Source of the DNA: a virus
Lineage: Duplodnaviria; Caudoviricetes
Strand: one strand, 5' to 3'
Virus record (IMG/VR): IMGVR_UViG_3300016476_000336
Span: 1-36,927 of that record
DNA length: 36,927 nucleotides
Shown: positions 25,199 through 32,861 of the stretch, in pieces
Numbering within the stretch: the first letter of the stretch is position 1
Layout: the number at the start of each line of letters is the position of its first letter
The notes under the pieces: generated by a model
What the model saw: only the letters and a program-made list of their open reading frames with translations
What the model was told of the DNA's origin: nothing
Database searches by the model: none
Program-made: the position numbers and the translations under genes

Positions 25199-25503
25199 TA
25201 CCACACCCCCATTGATTCGAGATTGCGTCGATCCTGGTCTATTAGGACGGCCGCGCCTTTTGTCGCGGCTTTCCATTGTTCCATGAATGTCTCTATCTCC
25301 CGGTAGATCGCGCGCTCGTCATCCGCGCATGTGATTAACCAATAGATCGAGAGCTTGTATGGGTTGCAAACGGATTGCGCGCCATACCATGCGGCGCGCG
25401 CTAGTCGATCCTTTGGGGCTGTTTTGAGTAACAGCCCTTTATTTTTGCCTTTGGTGACTGTCGCGCCATAAAGCGCTTGCGCGGCTTGATCTGATATTTT
25501 CAT
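25198..25503 (-). CDS. Hypothetical early protein
   Basis: ORF 25198..25599; likely start MKISDQ at 25503; ends DQDRRNLESMGVW. Confidence 0.6.
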   Translation of the reverse strand: MKISDQAAQALYGATVTKGKNKGLLLKTAPKDRLARAAWYGAQSVCNPYKLSIYWLITCADDERAIYREIETFMEQWKAATKGAAVLIDQDRRNLESMGVW

Positions 25504-25507
25504 CTCT

Positions 25508-25723
25508 TCATCCTCTCGAATAGTGTACGGGCCGTTCATATCGACCTTGTTCGTCGCGGTATATTGAGACGGCGCGCCCATATCGCGAGCCGTCGTCATA
25601 GGTGAATTGACGCGTTTCGTCGCGCCCGATGGGCCGCCAATCGCATTGCCACGCGTCTAATAGATTTTCCGATTCAAGCGCGGCGTTTAGCGTTTCGAAC
25701 CAATTTTGCTTTGCCTTTATCAC
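25508..25723 (-). CDS. Hypothetical early protein
   Basis: GTGA coupling with GGAGGG RBS; SIYRDEQGRYERPVHY. Confidence 0.65.
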   Translation of the reverse strand: MIKAKQNWFETLNAALESENLLDAWQCDWRPIGRDETRQFTYDDGSRYGRAVSIYRDEQGRYERPVHYSRG

Positions 25724-26487
25724 GCGGCCCTCCCTACTCTGAAACCATGCAAGTTGATGACGATATCTTTGGCGCTTTTGCTGCTATTGCCGGCGCACAA
25801 GCCGCAACGGTCGCAAGACGTGCGCGCGCCGTTTTCTTTGGCGGCCGGGCAACCTATTTCACTAGATGATTTGACCTCGGAGCTTTTTTTGGCGCGAAAC
25901 GTACGCCACCCGCAAGCGCTCGCGAGTAGATGATCCGATTCCGTCTCACAACTTGCCATGCATAACAGCGCGAATGCCTGAAAACGCGGATCCCGCCATT
26001 GGTGGCTGTATCCGGTGATTTTGGCGGCTTTCAGGGTCGCGGCGCGCCAGATCTGAAACGGCGCGGCTGCCGGGTCGCCATACGTTCCCAAACGGAAGGC
26101 GCGCCCGGCGAATAGATCCGGCAATATTGCGGGGTCGTAATCTACGCCCGGCCGCGCGTATCGGCCGCGCTCATAAGCGCCATAAACAGACGCAACCGAT
26201 TTGGCGACGTCGACATAGCATTTGCCACCCTTAAACGGTCGCTGCGGGCAGTCGCCGCAGACTGATTCGTCTTGGCCTGTTTTCAGCGCGCGGTACGGGT
26301 TCACATCGGCGCGGATGATAAACGTCTGCACCATAGCGCCGGTTTTCGCGTTACCGCTCGCTGTTTCTATCCGATTGGCGATAACAACCACAGGCGCGCC
26401 ATCAATAGCGCTCGGTCCTTCATACAATATGACGCCGGCGTATTGCTTGCGCTTAAACGCGCGGTTCAATTCGGTCAGATTCAGCAT
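25720..26487 (-). CDS. Cys-rich conserved phage protein (DUF7227-like; possibly Fe-S or metal binding)
   Basis: GGAAAGGA RBS; NAKTG.MVQ, CGDCP...CYV, RLGTYGDP, TGYSHQW, GWRTFR, CPA...CDRCGLC. Confidence 0.7.
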   Translation of the reverse strand: MLNLTELNRAFKRKQYAGVILYEGPSAIDGAPVVVIANRIETASGNAKTGAMVQTFIIRADVNPYRALKTGQDESVCGDCPQRPFKGGKCYVDVAKSVASVYGAYERGRYARPGVDYDPAILPDLFAGRAFRLGTYGDPAAAPFQIWRAATLKAAKITGYSHQWRDPRFQAFALLCMASCETESDHLLASACGWRTFRAKKSSEVKSSSEIGCPAAKENGARTSCDRCGLCAGNSSKSAKDIVINLHGFRVGRAA

Positions 26488-26521
26488 GTCGTTTCCTTTC
26501 CTTGTGGATACGTTACGAATA

Positions 26522-26549
26522 AGGGCCGCGCCATTGCTGGCGCGACCCT
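26522..26549 (-). terminator. GNRA-loop hairpin after the first early gene (weak terminator or processing site)
   Basis: Minus strand reads AGGGTCGCGCCA-GCAA-TGGCGCGGCCCT-TATT. Confidence 0.55.
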
Positions 26550-26554
26550 GTAGG

Positions 26555-26818
26555 TTAGGCGTATTCTTTTATCTTATGCGTGGCGATTTCATACCAATTC
26601 ACATCGGCCATAAACGCTAACGCATAGTCTAGCGCCAGTCCAGTCGCGCGATCCTCCATAATAAGCTCCGCATATTCTTTCATGGCCTGTCCTAATTCAT
26701 ACGCCTCCACGTCGCGGGTATCGGTTACATCGCGCGGCGACATACCGTCGAATATCTCCAAATTGACGCGCCATGTCGCGTAATTGGTCCAGCCATTGTA
26801 AGTGTTGTCGGTTGTCAT
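26555..26818 (-). CDS. First early gene; acidic protein with YNGWTNYATW motif
   Basis: GGAG RBS before the ATG at 26818; YNGWTNYATWRVNL...VNWYEIA pattern. Confidence 0.75.
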   Translation of the reverse strand: MTTDNTYNGWTNYATWRVNLEIFDGMSPRDVTDTRDVEAYELGQAMKEYAELIMEDRATGLALDYALAFMADVNWYEIATHKIKEYA

Positions 26819-26848
26819 CGTTTTGGCTCCATCTGATTCGGATGTCAT

Positions 26849-27172
26849 GACTATAAAACTATCTTTAGCGCTGTCAACACATTTATGCACAAAATAGTCG
26901 GGGATAGTCGCGAGATCGCCTGACGACGTGGCGCTGAAGGCAAGGCGCGGGTTGAGATAGTCTTATAGTCTTGGAAGTTTACTAGAGAGAAGTTTAAGAT
27001 AAATGTAAACATAAGTATAAAAGTATAAGGGCGGACTGAAATAGTCATTACTATTCGACTATATGACTATACCCACCCCTGCCGCCCCACGCCCGCGTCG
27101 TCTCCCGCCGATCCCGATCCGCGCTTGGCTGGCGCTTGCATCGACATGCCCGTTGCATGGCTACACGACTAT
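26849..27172. repeat. Cluster of nine ATAGTC/GACTAT hexamers around an AT-rich core
   Basis: ATAGTC at 26894, 26904, 26957, 26965, 27041; GACTAT at 26849, 27057, 27065, 27167. Confidence 0.8.
26850..26877 (-). promoter_or_regulatory. Near-consensus sigma70 promoter driving the leftward early operon
   Basis: Minus strand TTGACA (26877-72), 16-nt spacer, TATAGT (26855-50). Confidence 0.75.
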
Positions 27173-27357
27173 TGATTGTCAACTTAACGTTATGCTTTAA
27201 GTTTACATTCATGAAGCTGGTCGGGATCGGCCAGGGCGCAGATCGGGGGGGGGTCTGGGCCGAGGGATCTCCTTTAAGAAATACGTAGCTATCACGAACA
27301 ATTTTTAAAAATTTTTATAAGTTGTCACCAAACAATTTATTGCGTATATTTCCCCGC

Positions 27358-27879
27358 ATGACGTTTGAATCCCTACCTTATGAACCGCGCAAGATCGAAG
27401 CGACCGAAGCGGTGCTAGAGCGCATCTATCTCGCGGCCAAGAAAGGCTTGAAGGGCGACACGCTGGCCTATGCGGCTGGATTGACCCCGCAAGAGTATCG
27501 CAGACTGATACAACTTGACCCCATCGCGGAGTACGCCGAACAAAAGGGCCGCGCTGAAGGTGAGGCTGAAATGTCCGAAGTGCTGCACAAGGCGGCGCGT
27601 GAGGGCGACACCAAGGCGGCGCTGGACATACTCAAGCATGTACACAAGTGGACAGCCCCGCAGTCGGTGCAAGTGCAGGTCGAGCAGCGCATATCCATAC
27701 TGGCGGCGCTGGAAGAGGCGCAGACAAGAGTAATCGAGGGCGAAATTGCAGACTCCCATATACTCAGCGGACGAGGAACAGAAACTGATGGCGACCCTGT
27801 GGTCGGCCAACATCAAGAACGATCCCGTCGCGTTCGTGAGACTGGCGTTCCCGTGGGGGAAGGCGGGAACGCCGCTTGA
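27358..27879 (+). CDS. terS: Terminase small subunit (putative)
   Basis: Immediately upstream of terL; HTH-like N-terminus; EQKGRAEGE...LH.AA.EGD.KAA..ILKH.H.W; RVIEGE tail. Confidence 0.7.
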   Translation: MTFESLPYEPRKIEATEAVLERIYLAAKKGLKGDTLAYAAGLTPQEYRRLIQLDPIAEYAEQKGRAEGEAEMSEVLHKAAREGDTKAALDILKHVHKWTAPQSVQVQVEQRISILAALEEAQTRVIEGEIADSHILSGRGTETDGDPVVGQHQERSRRVRETGVPVGEGGNAA

Positions 27880-29272
27880 ACACTTCACCGGACCGCGCCG
27901 CTGGCAGCTAGAGGTTCTGATCGAACTACGCGATCACATTAAACAGAACAATGGCAAGTTAGATTACGAGACGTTTCGGCTGGCGATGTCGTCCGGGCGC
28001 GGTATCGGTAAGTCGGCCCTCGTGAGCTGGCTCGTGATCTGGATGCTGACGACCCGGATTGGCGGGACGACCATCGTGTCGGCTAACAGTGAAGCGCAGC
28101 TCCGCAGCGTCACCTGGGCCGAGATCACCAAATGGTTGAGCATGGCGTTGAACAGCCACTGGTTTGAGGTAAGCGCGACGCGAGTGCTGCCGGCCAAGTG
28201 GATCGCAGAACTGGTTGAGCGCGATCTGAAGCTCGGCACGCGCTATTGGGGCGTCGAGGGGCGGCTGTGGTCGGCGGAGAACCCGGACAGCTACGCGGGC
28301 GTCCACAACTTCGCGGGCGTCATGCTGATCTTCGATGAGGCGTCGGGTATCGACGACAGTATATGGGCGGTGTCCAGTGGCTTCTTTACAGAGAACACTC
28401 CTAATCGCTTTTGGCTTGCTTTTAGCAACCCCCGCCGTAACAGCGGATACTTCTACGAGTGCTTCAACTCAAAACGCGAGTTTTGGCGAACAAAGGTTGT
28501 TGACGCCAGAAGCGTGGAGGGAACTGATAAGGCAGTCTATCAGCAGATTATCGACGAATACGGACCCGACAGCTCTCAGGCCCACGTCGAAGTCTACGGA
28601 ATGTTCCCCAACGCAAGCGATGACCAGTTCATACCGTCCTCGCTGGTCATGGACGCACAAACACGCCCGGCATCGAAGGATCCGACAGCGCCGATAGTCG
28701 TGGGCGTCGATCCGGCACGGTTCGGGGCGGACGCGACGGTCATCGCCATCCGGCAGGGCCGCGACATCATCGGCATACGTCGCTATCGGGGCGACGACAC
28801 AATGGAGATCGTCGGTAAGGTCATCGACGTGATCGAGGAGTTCAAGCCCCAACTTGTGGTAATAGATGAAGGGGGATTAGGCGCGGGCGTGGTCGACCGT
28901 CTCAAGGAGCAGCGCTACAAGATCCGGGGCGTCAACTTCGGGATGAGATCCACGAAGCCCATCATGTTCGGGAACAAGCGCGCCGAAATGTGGCACGCCA
29001 TGCGGGAGTGGCTGAAGACCGCCTCGATCCCAAACGACCGCTTCCTCAAGTCAGACCTGACCGGCCCTCTGACAAAACCCGACTCAAAAGGGACTATATT
29101 CCTAGAGAGTAAGAAGGACATGCGGGCGCGTGGGCTGGCCTCACCGGACGCCGCCGACGCTATCGCCGTGACGTTCGCGTATCCGGTGGCGCATCGCGAG
29201 GCGCGCGTAGACAACCGCCCACGCGTAAGCTATGGTGGCGGGACAGCCTCTTCAGGATGGATGGGACACTAA
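27746..29272 (+). CDS. terL: Terminase large subunit
   Basis: Walker A SGRGIGKS, Walker B LIFDEASG, FSNP, nuclease motifs GVDPARFG and SPDAADA; TTG start with GAGGG RBS. Confidence 0.93.
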   Translation: MQTPIYSADEEQKLMATLWSANIKNDPVAFVRLAFPWGKAGTPLEHFTGPRRWQLEVLIELRDHIKQNNGKLDYETFRLAMSSGRGIGKSALVSWLVIWMLTTRIGGTTIVSANSEAQLRSVTWAEITKWLSMALNSHWFEVSATRVLPAKWIAELVERDLKLGTRYWGVEGRLWSAENPDSYAGVHNFAGVMLIFDEASGIDDSIWAVSSGFFTENTPNRFWLAFSNPRRNSGYFYECFNSKREFWRTKVVDARSVEGTDKAVYQQIIDEYGPDSSQAHVEVYGMFPNASDDQFIPSSLVMDAQTRPASKDPTAPIVVGVDPARFGADATVIAIRQGRDIIGIRRYRGDDTMEIVGKVIDVIEEFKPQLVVIDEGGLGAGVVDRLKEQRYKIRGVNFGMRSTKPIMFGNKRAEMWHAMREWLKTASIPNDRFLKSDLTGPLTKPDSKGTIFLESKKDMRARGLASPDAADAIAVTFAYPVAHREARVDNRPRVSYGGGTASSGWMGH

Positions 29273-29409
29273 TGCCCCTGGTTAAATCAAGCAGCAAGTC
29301 TGCCTTCCGCACTAACGTCAAAAAAGAGATCGCCGCCGGTAAGCCGCCGAAGCAAAGCGTCGCAATCGCGTATTCGACCAAGCGCGCGGCAGCAAAGAAG
29401 AAAAAATAA
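29272..29409 (+). CDS. 45-aa basic protein (not in ORF track)
   Basis: MPLVKSSSKSAFRTNVKKEIAAGKPPKQSVAIAYSTKRAAAKKKK; TAATG coupling on both sides. Confidence 0.75.
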   Translation: MPLVKSSSKSAFRTNVKKEIAAGKPPKQSVAIAYSTKRAAAKKKK

Positions 29410-31547
29410 TGGCAAGTGATGACGTAATTGCCGCCGGCAAAGTCTCCGACAATCCAGACGATGACCGTCTGGCCACCATGCGCCATCGGTTTACGGTGGC
29501 GATGGCGGCTTACAGCGACAGTCGTGAAGACGAGCTGGACGACTTACGGTTTATGGCTGGAAGTCCCGATAATAGTTGGCAATGGCCAGCAGACGTGCTG
29601 GCGACACGCGGCGCGGTGCAGGGCCAGACGATCAACGCGCGGCCATGCCTGACGATTAACAAGCTGCCGCAGCACGTGCGGCTCGTGACCAACGAGCAGC
29701 GCCAGAACCGCCCAACCGCCCGCGTCATCCCGGCAGACGAGAACGCCGACCCCGAGGTCGCGGAGATTTTCGACGGCATCGTGCGGCACATCGAGTATAT
29801 GTCGGACGCCGACGTGGCCTACGACACCGCCTGCGACAACCAGGTCATTTACGGCGAAGGCTATATCCGCATTCTGACGGAATACACGAAAGAAGATTCG
29901 TTCGAGCAGGACATCCGCATCGCTCGCGTCCGTAGCAGCTTTAGCGTCTACATGGACCCGATGATCCAGGATCCGTGCGGTCAGGACGCGAACTGGTGCT
30001 TCATTACGGAAGACATTCCGAAGCGTGAATACGAGGATATGTATCCAGACGCGACGCCTGTGACCGGCATGATGTCGCAAGGCGTGGGCGACCAGACGCT
30101 CAGCATGTGGGTCAGCCAAGAGACGGTGCGCGTCGCGGAGTATTTTTACGTTGAGACGCGCAAAGCGACGCTTAATCTCTATCCGGACAACATCACGGCG
30201 TTCAAAGGCACGCCAGAGGACAAGCGGCTGATGGCTGCCTACGGCAAGCCGCTGCGCAGCCGTGAGAGCGACCGTAAGCAGGTCAAATGGATTAAGACCA
30301 ACGGTTATGAGGTGCTGGAAGAACGCGAGTGGGCGGGCAAATACATCCCTGTCATTCGCGTCGTCGGCAATGAGTTTGAGGTCGACGGTCAGATCTATAT
30401 TTCTGGCCTTGTGCGCAACGCTAAAGACGCGCAGCGCATGTATAACTACTGGGTCAGCCAGGAAGCGGAGATGCTCGCTCTGGCCCCTAAAGCGCCATTT
30501 ATTGGCTATGGCGGCCAGTTCGAGGGCTACGAAACCAACTGGAAGACGGCCAACACGAACAACTGGCCGTATTTGGAGGTCAACCCGGATGTTACTGACG
30601 GAGCCGGAAACCCGCTTCCCTTACCTGAACGCGCCCAGCCTCCGATGGCTCAGACGGGCCTTATCCAAGCCAAGATGGGCGCTGGGGAAGACATTAAGTC
30701 GACCACTGGCCAATACGACAGTAGCATTGGGGCGACTTCCAATGAACGGACGGGTCGTGCGATCCTCGCTCGGGAGCGGCAAGGCGACACGAGTACTTAT
30801 CATTATGTCGACAACCTGGCGCGCGCGGTAAAATACGTCGCCCGTCAGCTCGTGGATCTTATACCGAAAATCTACGACACGCAGCGCGTCGCCCGCATCA
30901 TCAATGTTGAGGGCGAAGTCCGCATGGCGAAGATCAATCCTTCGCAGCCAGAAGCGGTGCGCAAGATCGTCGACGAGCAAGGCATAGAGATCGACAAGAT
31001 CTACAACCCGAATGTCGGCGTCTACGACGTGCAAGTGTCCTCTGGCCCCAGCTACATGACGCGTAAGCAGGAGGCTATGGATACGATGGGCCAGATCCTG
31101 CAAACCAACCCCGCGCTGTGGGGCGTCGCAGGCGATCTGTTTGTCAAGAACATGGACTGGCCAGGCGCAGAGACGATGGCCAAGCGGTTCGAGAAGATGC
31201 TTGATCCGAAAGTGCTTCAAGATACGGACGAGTCGCCGGAAGCGCAGGCTATGCGTATGCAGATGGAGCAGATGGCGCAGGCTATGGAGCAAACCAACGC
31301 TCAGATTCAGCAGCTTATGCAGAGCTATGAGATGAACAAGCTCAAGATAGATGAGTTTAACTCTCAAATAAAAGCTTTTGACGCCGAAACTAAACGCATA
31401 AGCGCGGTCCAAAATTCATTGAATCCTGAGCAATTGCAAGATATCATTCAGGGGACAATAGCGGCTGCTTTGGACACTGGCGATCTTATCGGCCAAATGC
31501 CTAGCGGCCCTAATCTCAACCCTAGAATGTTGCCGGAAGCCGAATAA
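29409..31547 (+). CDS. Portal protein, P22-like
   Basis: 712 aa; DDLRF..G..WQW, RPCLTINKL, GLVRNAKDAQRMYNYW, LIPKIYDTQR, GPSY.T.KQEA; helical C-terminal barrel. Confidence 0.92.
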   Translation: MASDDVIAAGKVSDNPDDDRLATMRHRFTVAMAAYSDSREDELDDLRFMAGSPDNSWQWPADVLATRGAVQGQTINARPCLTINKLPQHVRLVTNEQRQNRPTARVIPADENADPEVAEIFDGIVRHIEYMSDADVAYDTACDNQVIYGEGYIRILTEYTKEDSFEQDIRIARVRSSFSVYMDPMIQDPCGQDANWCFITEDIPKREYEDMYPDATPVTGMMSQGVGDQTLSMWVSQETVRVAEYFYVETRKATLNLYPDNITAFKGTPEDKRLMAAYGKPLRSRESDRKQVKWIKTNGYEVLEEREWAGKYIPVIRVVGNEFEVDGQIYISGLVRNAKDAQRMYNYWVSQEAEMLALAPKAPFIGYGGQFEGYETNWKTANTNNWPYLEVNPDVTDGAGNPLPLPERAQPPMAQTGLIQAKMGAGEDIKSTTGQYDSSIGATSNERTGRAILARERQGDTSTYHYVDNLARAVKYVARQLVDLIPKIYDTQRVARIINVEGEVRMAKINPSQPEAVRKIVDEQGIEIDKIYNPNVGVYDVQVSSGPSYMTRKQEAMDTMGQILQTNPALWGVAGDLFVKNMDWPGAETMAKRFEKMLDPKVLQDTDESPEAQAMRMQMEQMAQAMEQTNAQIQQLMQSYEMNKLKIDEFNSQIKAFDAETKRISAVQNSLNPEQLQDIIQGTIAAALDTGDLIGQMPSGPNLNPRMLPEAE

Positions 31548-32023
31548 TGGACCAGAAAACGGCTCTTGAGCTATTTGAATACCGTGATGGCGCGCTGTTT
31601 TGGCGAAAATCGCCGCGTCGAGGTATTCGCAAAGGTAGCATGGTCGGCTGCAAAACTAACAGATATGTGCAGATAAGGCTAAAAAATAAGACTTATTATG
31701 CGCATCGAATTGTGTATTTAATGTTTTACGGCCACATCCCTGTTGAAGTGGACCATATAGATTGCGATAAGTTAAACAACAAAATTGAAAATCTACGCGC
31801 CGCCACTCGCGTCGAAAATGGCGCAAATCTACCTCTTAGGAAAGATAGTAAATCCGGCGTTAAAAATGTCTGTTGGCATAAAGCGGCTAACAAATGGCAA
31901 GTTTCAGTTAAAGCTAATGGTAAACGACATAATTTTGGGCTATTTGATGATCTTGAACTAGCCGCGCTTGTCGCGTCTGAAGCCCGTGACAAATATCACG
32001 GCAAATTTGCGAGGACGGCATGA
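31547..32023 (+). CDS. HNH homing endonuclease with AP2-like C-terminus
   Basis: YYAHRIVY...VDHIDCDKLNNKIENLR...SKSGVKNV.W...KWQV...AR.KYHGKFA. Confidence 0.9.
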   Translation: MDQKTALELFEYRDGALFWRKSPRRGIRKGSMVGCKTNRYVQIRLKNKTYYAHRIVYLMFYGHIPVEVDHIDCDKLNNKIENLRAATRVENGANLPLRKDSKSGVKNVCWHKAANKWQVSVKANGKRHNFGLFDDLELAALVASEARDKYHGKFARTA

Positions 32024-32376
32024 GCTGTGCAGATCTGATCGGACACCTGTTTTTGGCGCGCGATGTCACTCATTCTGTGCATCTGAACACGCGTTCTTAC
32101 GCAAAACATAAGGCGCTTGGCGGGTTTTATGAGAAAATCATCGACTTGGCGGACGATTTGGCTGAAGCCTATCAGGGCAGATATGGTCTAATCGGGCCAA
32201 TTACGCTTCATTCGGCCAAAAAGACCAATAATGTCGTCGAGTTTCTTGAAGATAGCCTGAAAGAGATCGAGGAAGCGCGCAAAGAGTATAAAGACGATTC
32301 GGCGCTTCAAAACATCATTGACGGCATTGTAGACTTATATCTGTCTACGTTGTATAAGTTGAAATTCCTAGCCTAA
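32020..32376 (+). CDS. Ferritin/Dps-like four-helix protein (DUF5856-like)
   Basis: H..HLNT.SYAKHKAL..FYE....LADDLAEAYQG...LQNIID.I......TLYKL. Confidence 0.7.
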   Translation: MSCADLIGHLFLARDVTHSVHLNTRSYAKHKALGGFYEKIIDLADDLAEAYQGRYGLIGPITLHSAKKTNNVVEFLEDSLKEIEEARKEYKDDSALQNIIDGIVDLYLSTLYKLKFLA

Positions 32377-32386
32377 AGAGGGCATT

Positions 32387-32662
32387 ATGGGTCTAAAGTC
32401 TACTACTGTCTGCCTTGGATACCAGCAGATCACGTCGCTTAGTGCGGCTACAGGGCTTACGCCTCCGAAAGGCGCTACTATGGCTCTTATTGTTCCGTTG
32501 ACGCAGGGCATTCGATGGCGCGACGACGGCACAAATCCTACTGCGTCGGTAGGAATGCCCGTGGCGGCAAACGCATACTTTAACTATGACGGGGATCTTA
32601 ATCGGATCAAATTCATAGAGCAGACTGCTAGCGCTGAACTCAACATCAGCTATTACGCATGA
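32387..32662 (+). CDS. Hypothetical virion protein
   Basis: GYQQITSLS...IRWRDDGTNPTASVGMP...LNISYY; small beta-rich protein before the fibre genes. Confidence 0.65.
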   Translation: MGLKSTTVCLGYQQITSLSAATGLTPPKGATMALIVPLTQGIRWRDDGTNPTASVGMPVAANAYFNYDGDLNRIKFIEQTASAELNISYYA

Positions 32663-32859
32663 TAAAAGTTTCTTCCGCGTCGGTTAATCAAATATCTCTT
32701 AAGCATATGGCTTCTGACTATATGCAAGGAGTGGGGCCGACTGTCGGTTTTTCTGGCGTGACTATATCACCTTCGACTGGCGACATAATTCTTCTAGAAG
32801 ATAATGTTAGTTATCTCATGCTAGAGGATAACATTAGCGAATTACTGTTAGAGGCGTAA
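32659..32859 (+). CDS. 66-aa protein ending in three L(L/M)LE(DN) repeats
   Basis: ATGA coupling; GDIILLEDNVSYLMLEDNISELLLEA. Confidence 0.6.
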   Translation: MIKVSSASVNQISLKHMASDYMQGVGPTVGFSGVTISPSTGDIILLEDNVSYLMLEDNISELLLEA

Positions 32860-32861
32860 AA

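Noticed and set aside
26851-27048. 65-aa minus-strand ORF in the control region
   Set aside because: It overlaps the early promoter and the hexamer repeats, has no RBS, and is better explained as non-coding DNA.
27184-27200. CtrA box (TTAA-N7-TTAA)
   Set aside because: The spacing here is N9, not N7, so it is recorded only as a palindrome.
30621-31412. Long antisense ORFs (263 aa here; also 8364..9074, 14097..14759, 29544..30119 and others)
   Set aside because: They are shadows of well-supported genes with GC-rich third positions, and show no motifs or RBS.
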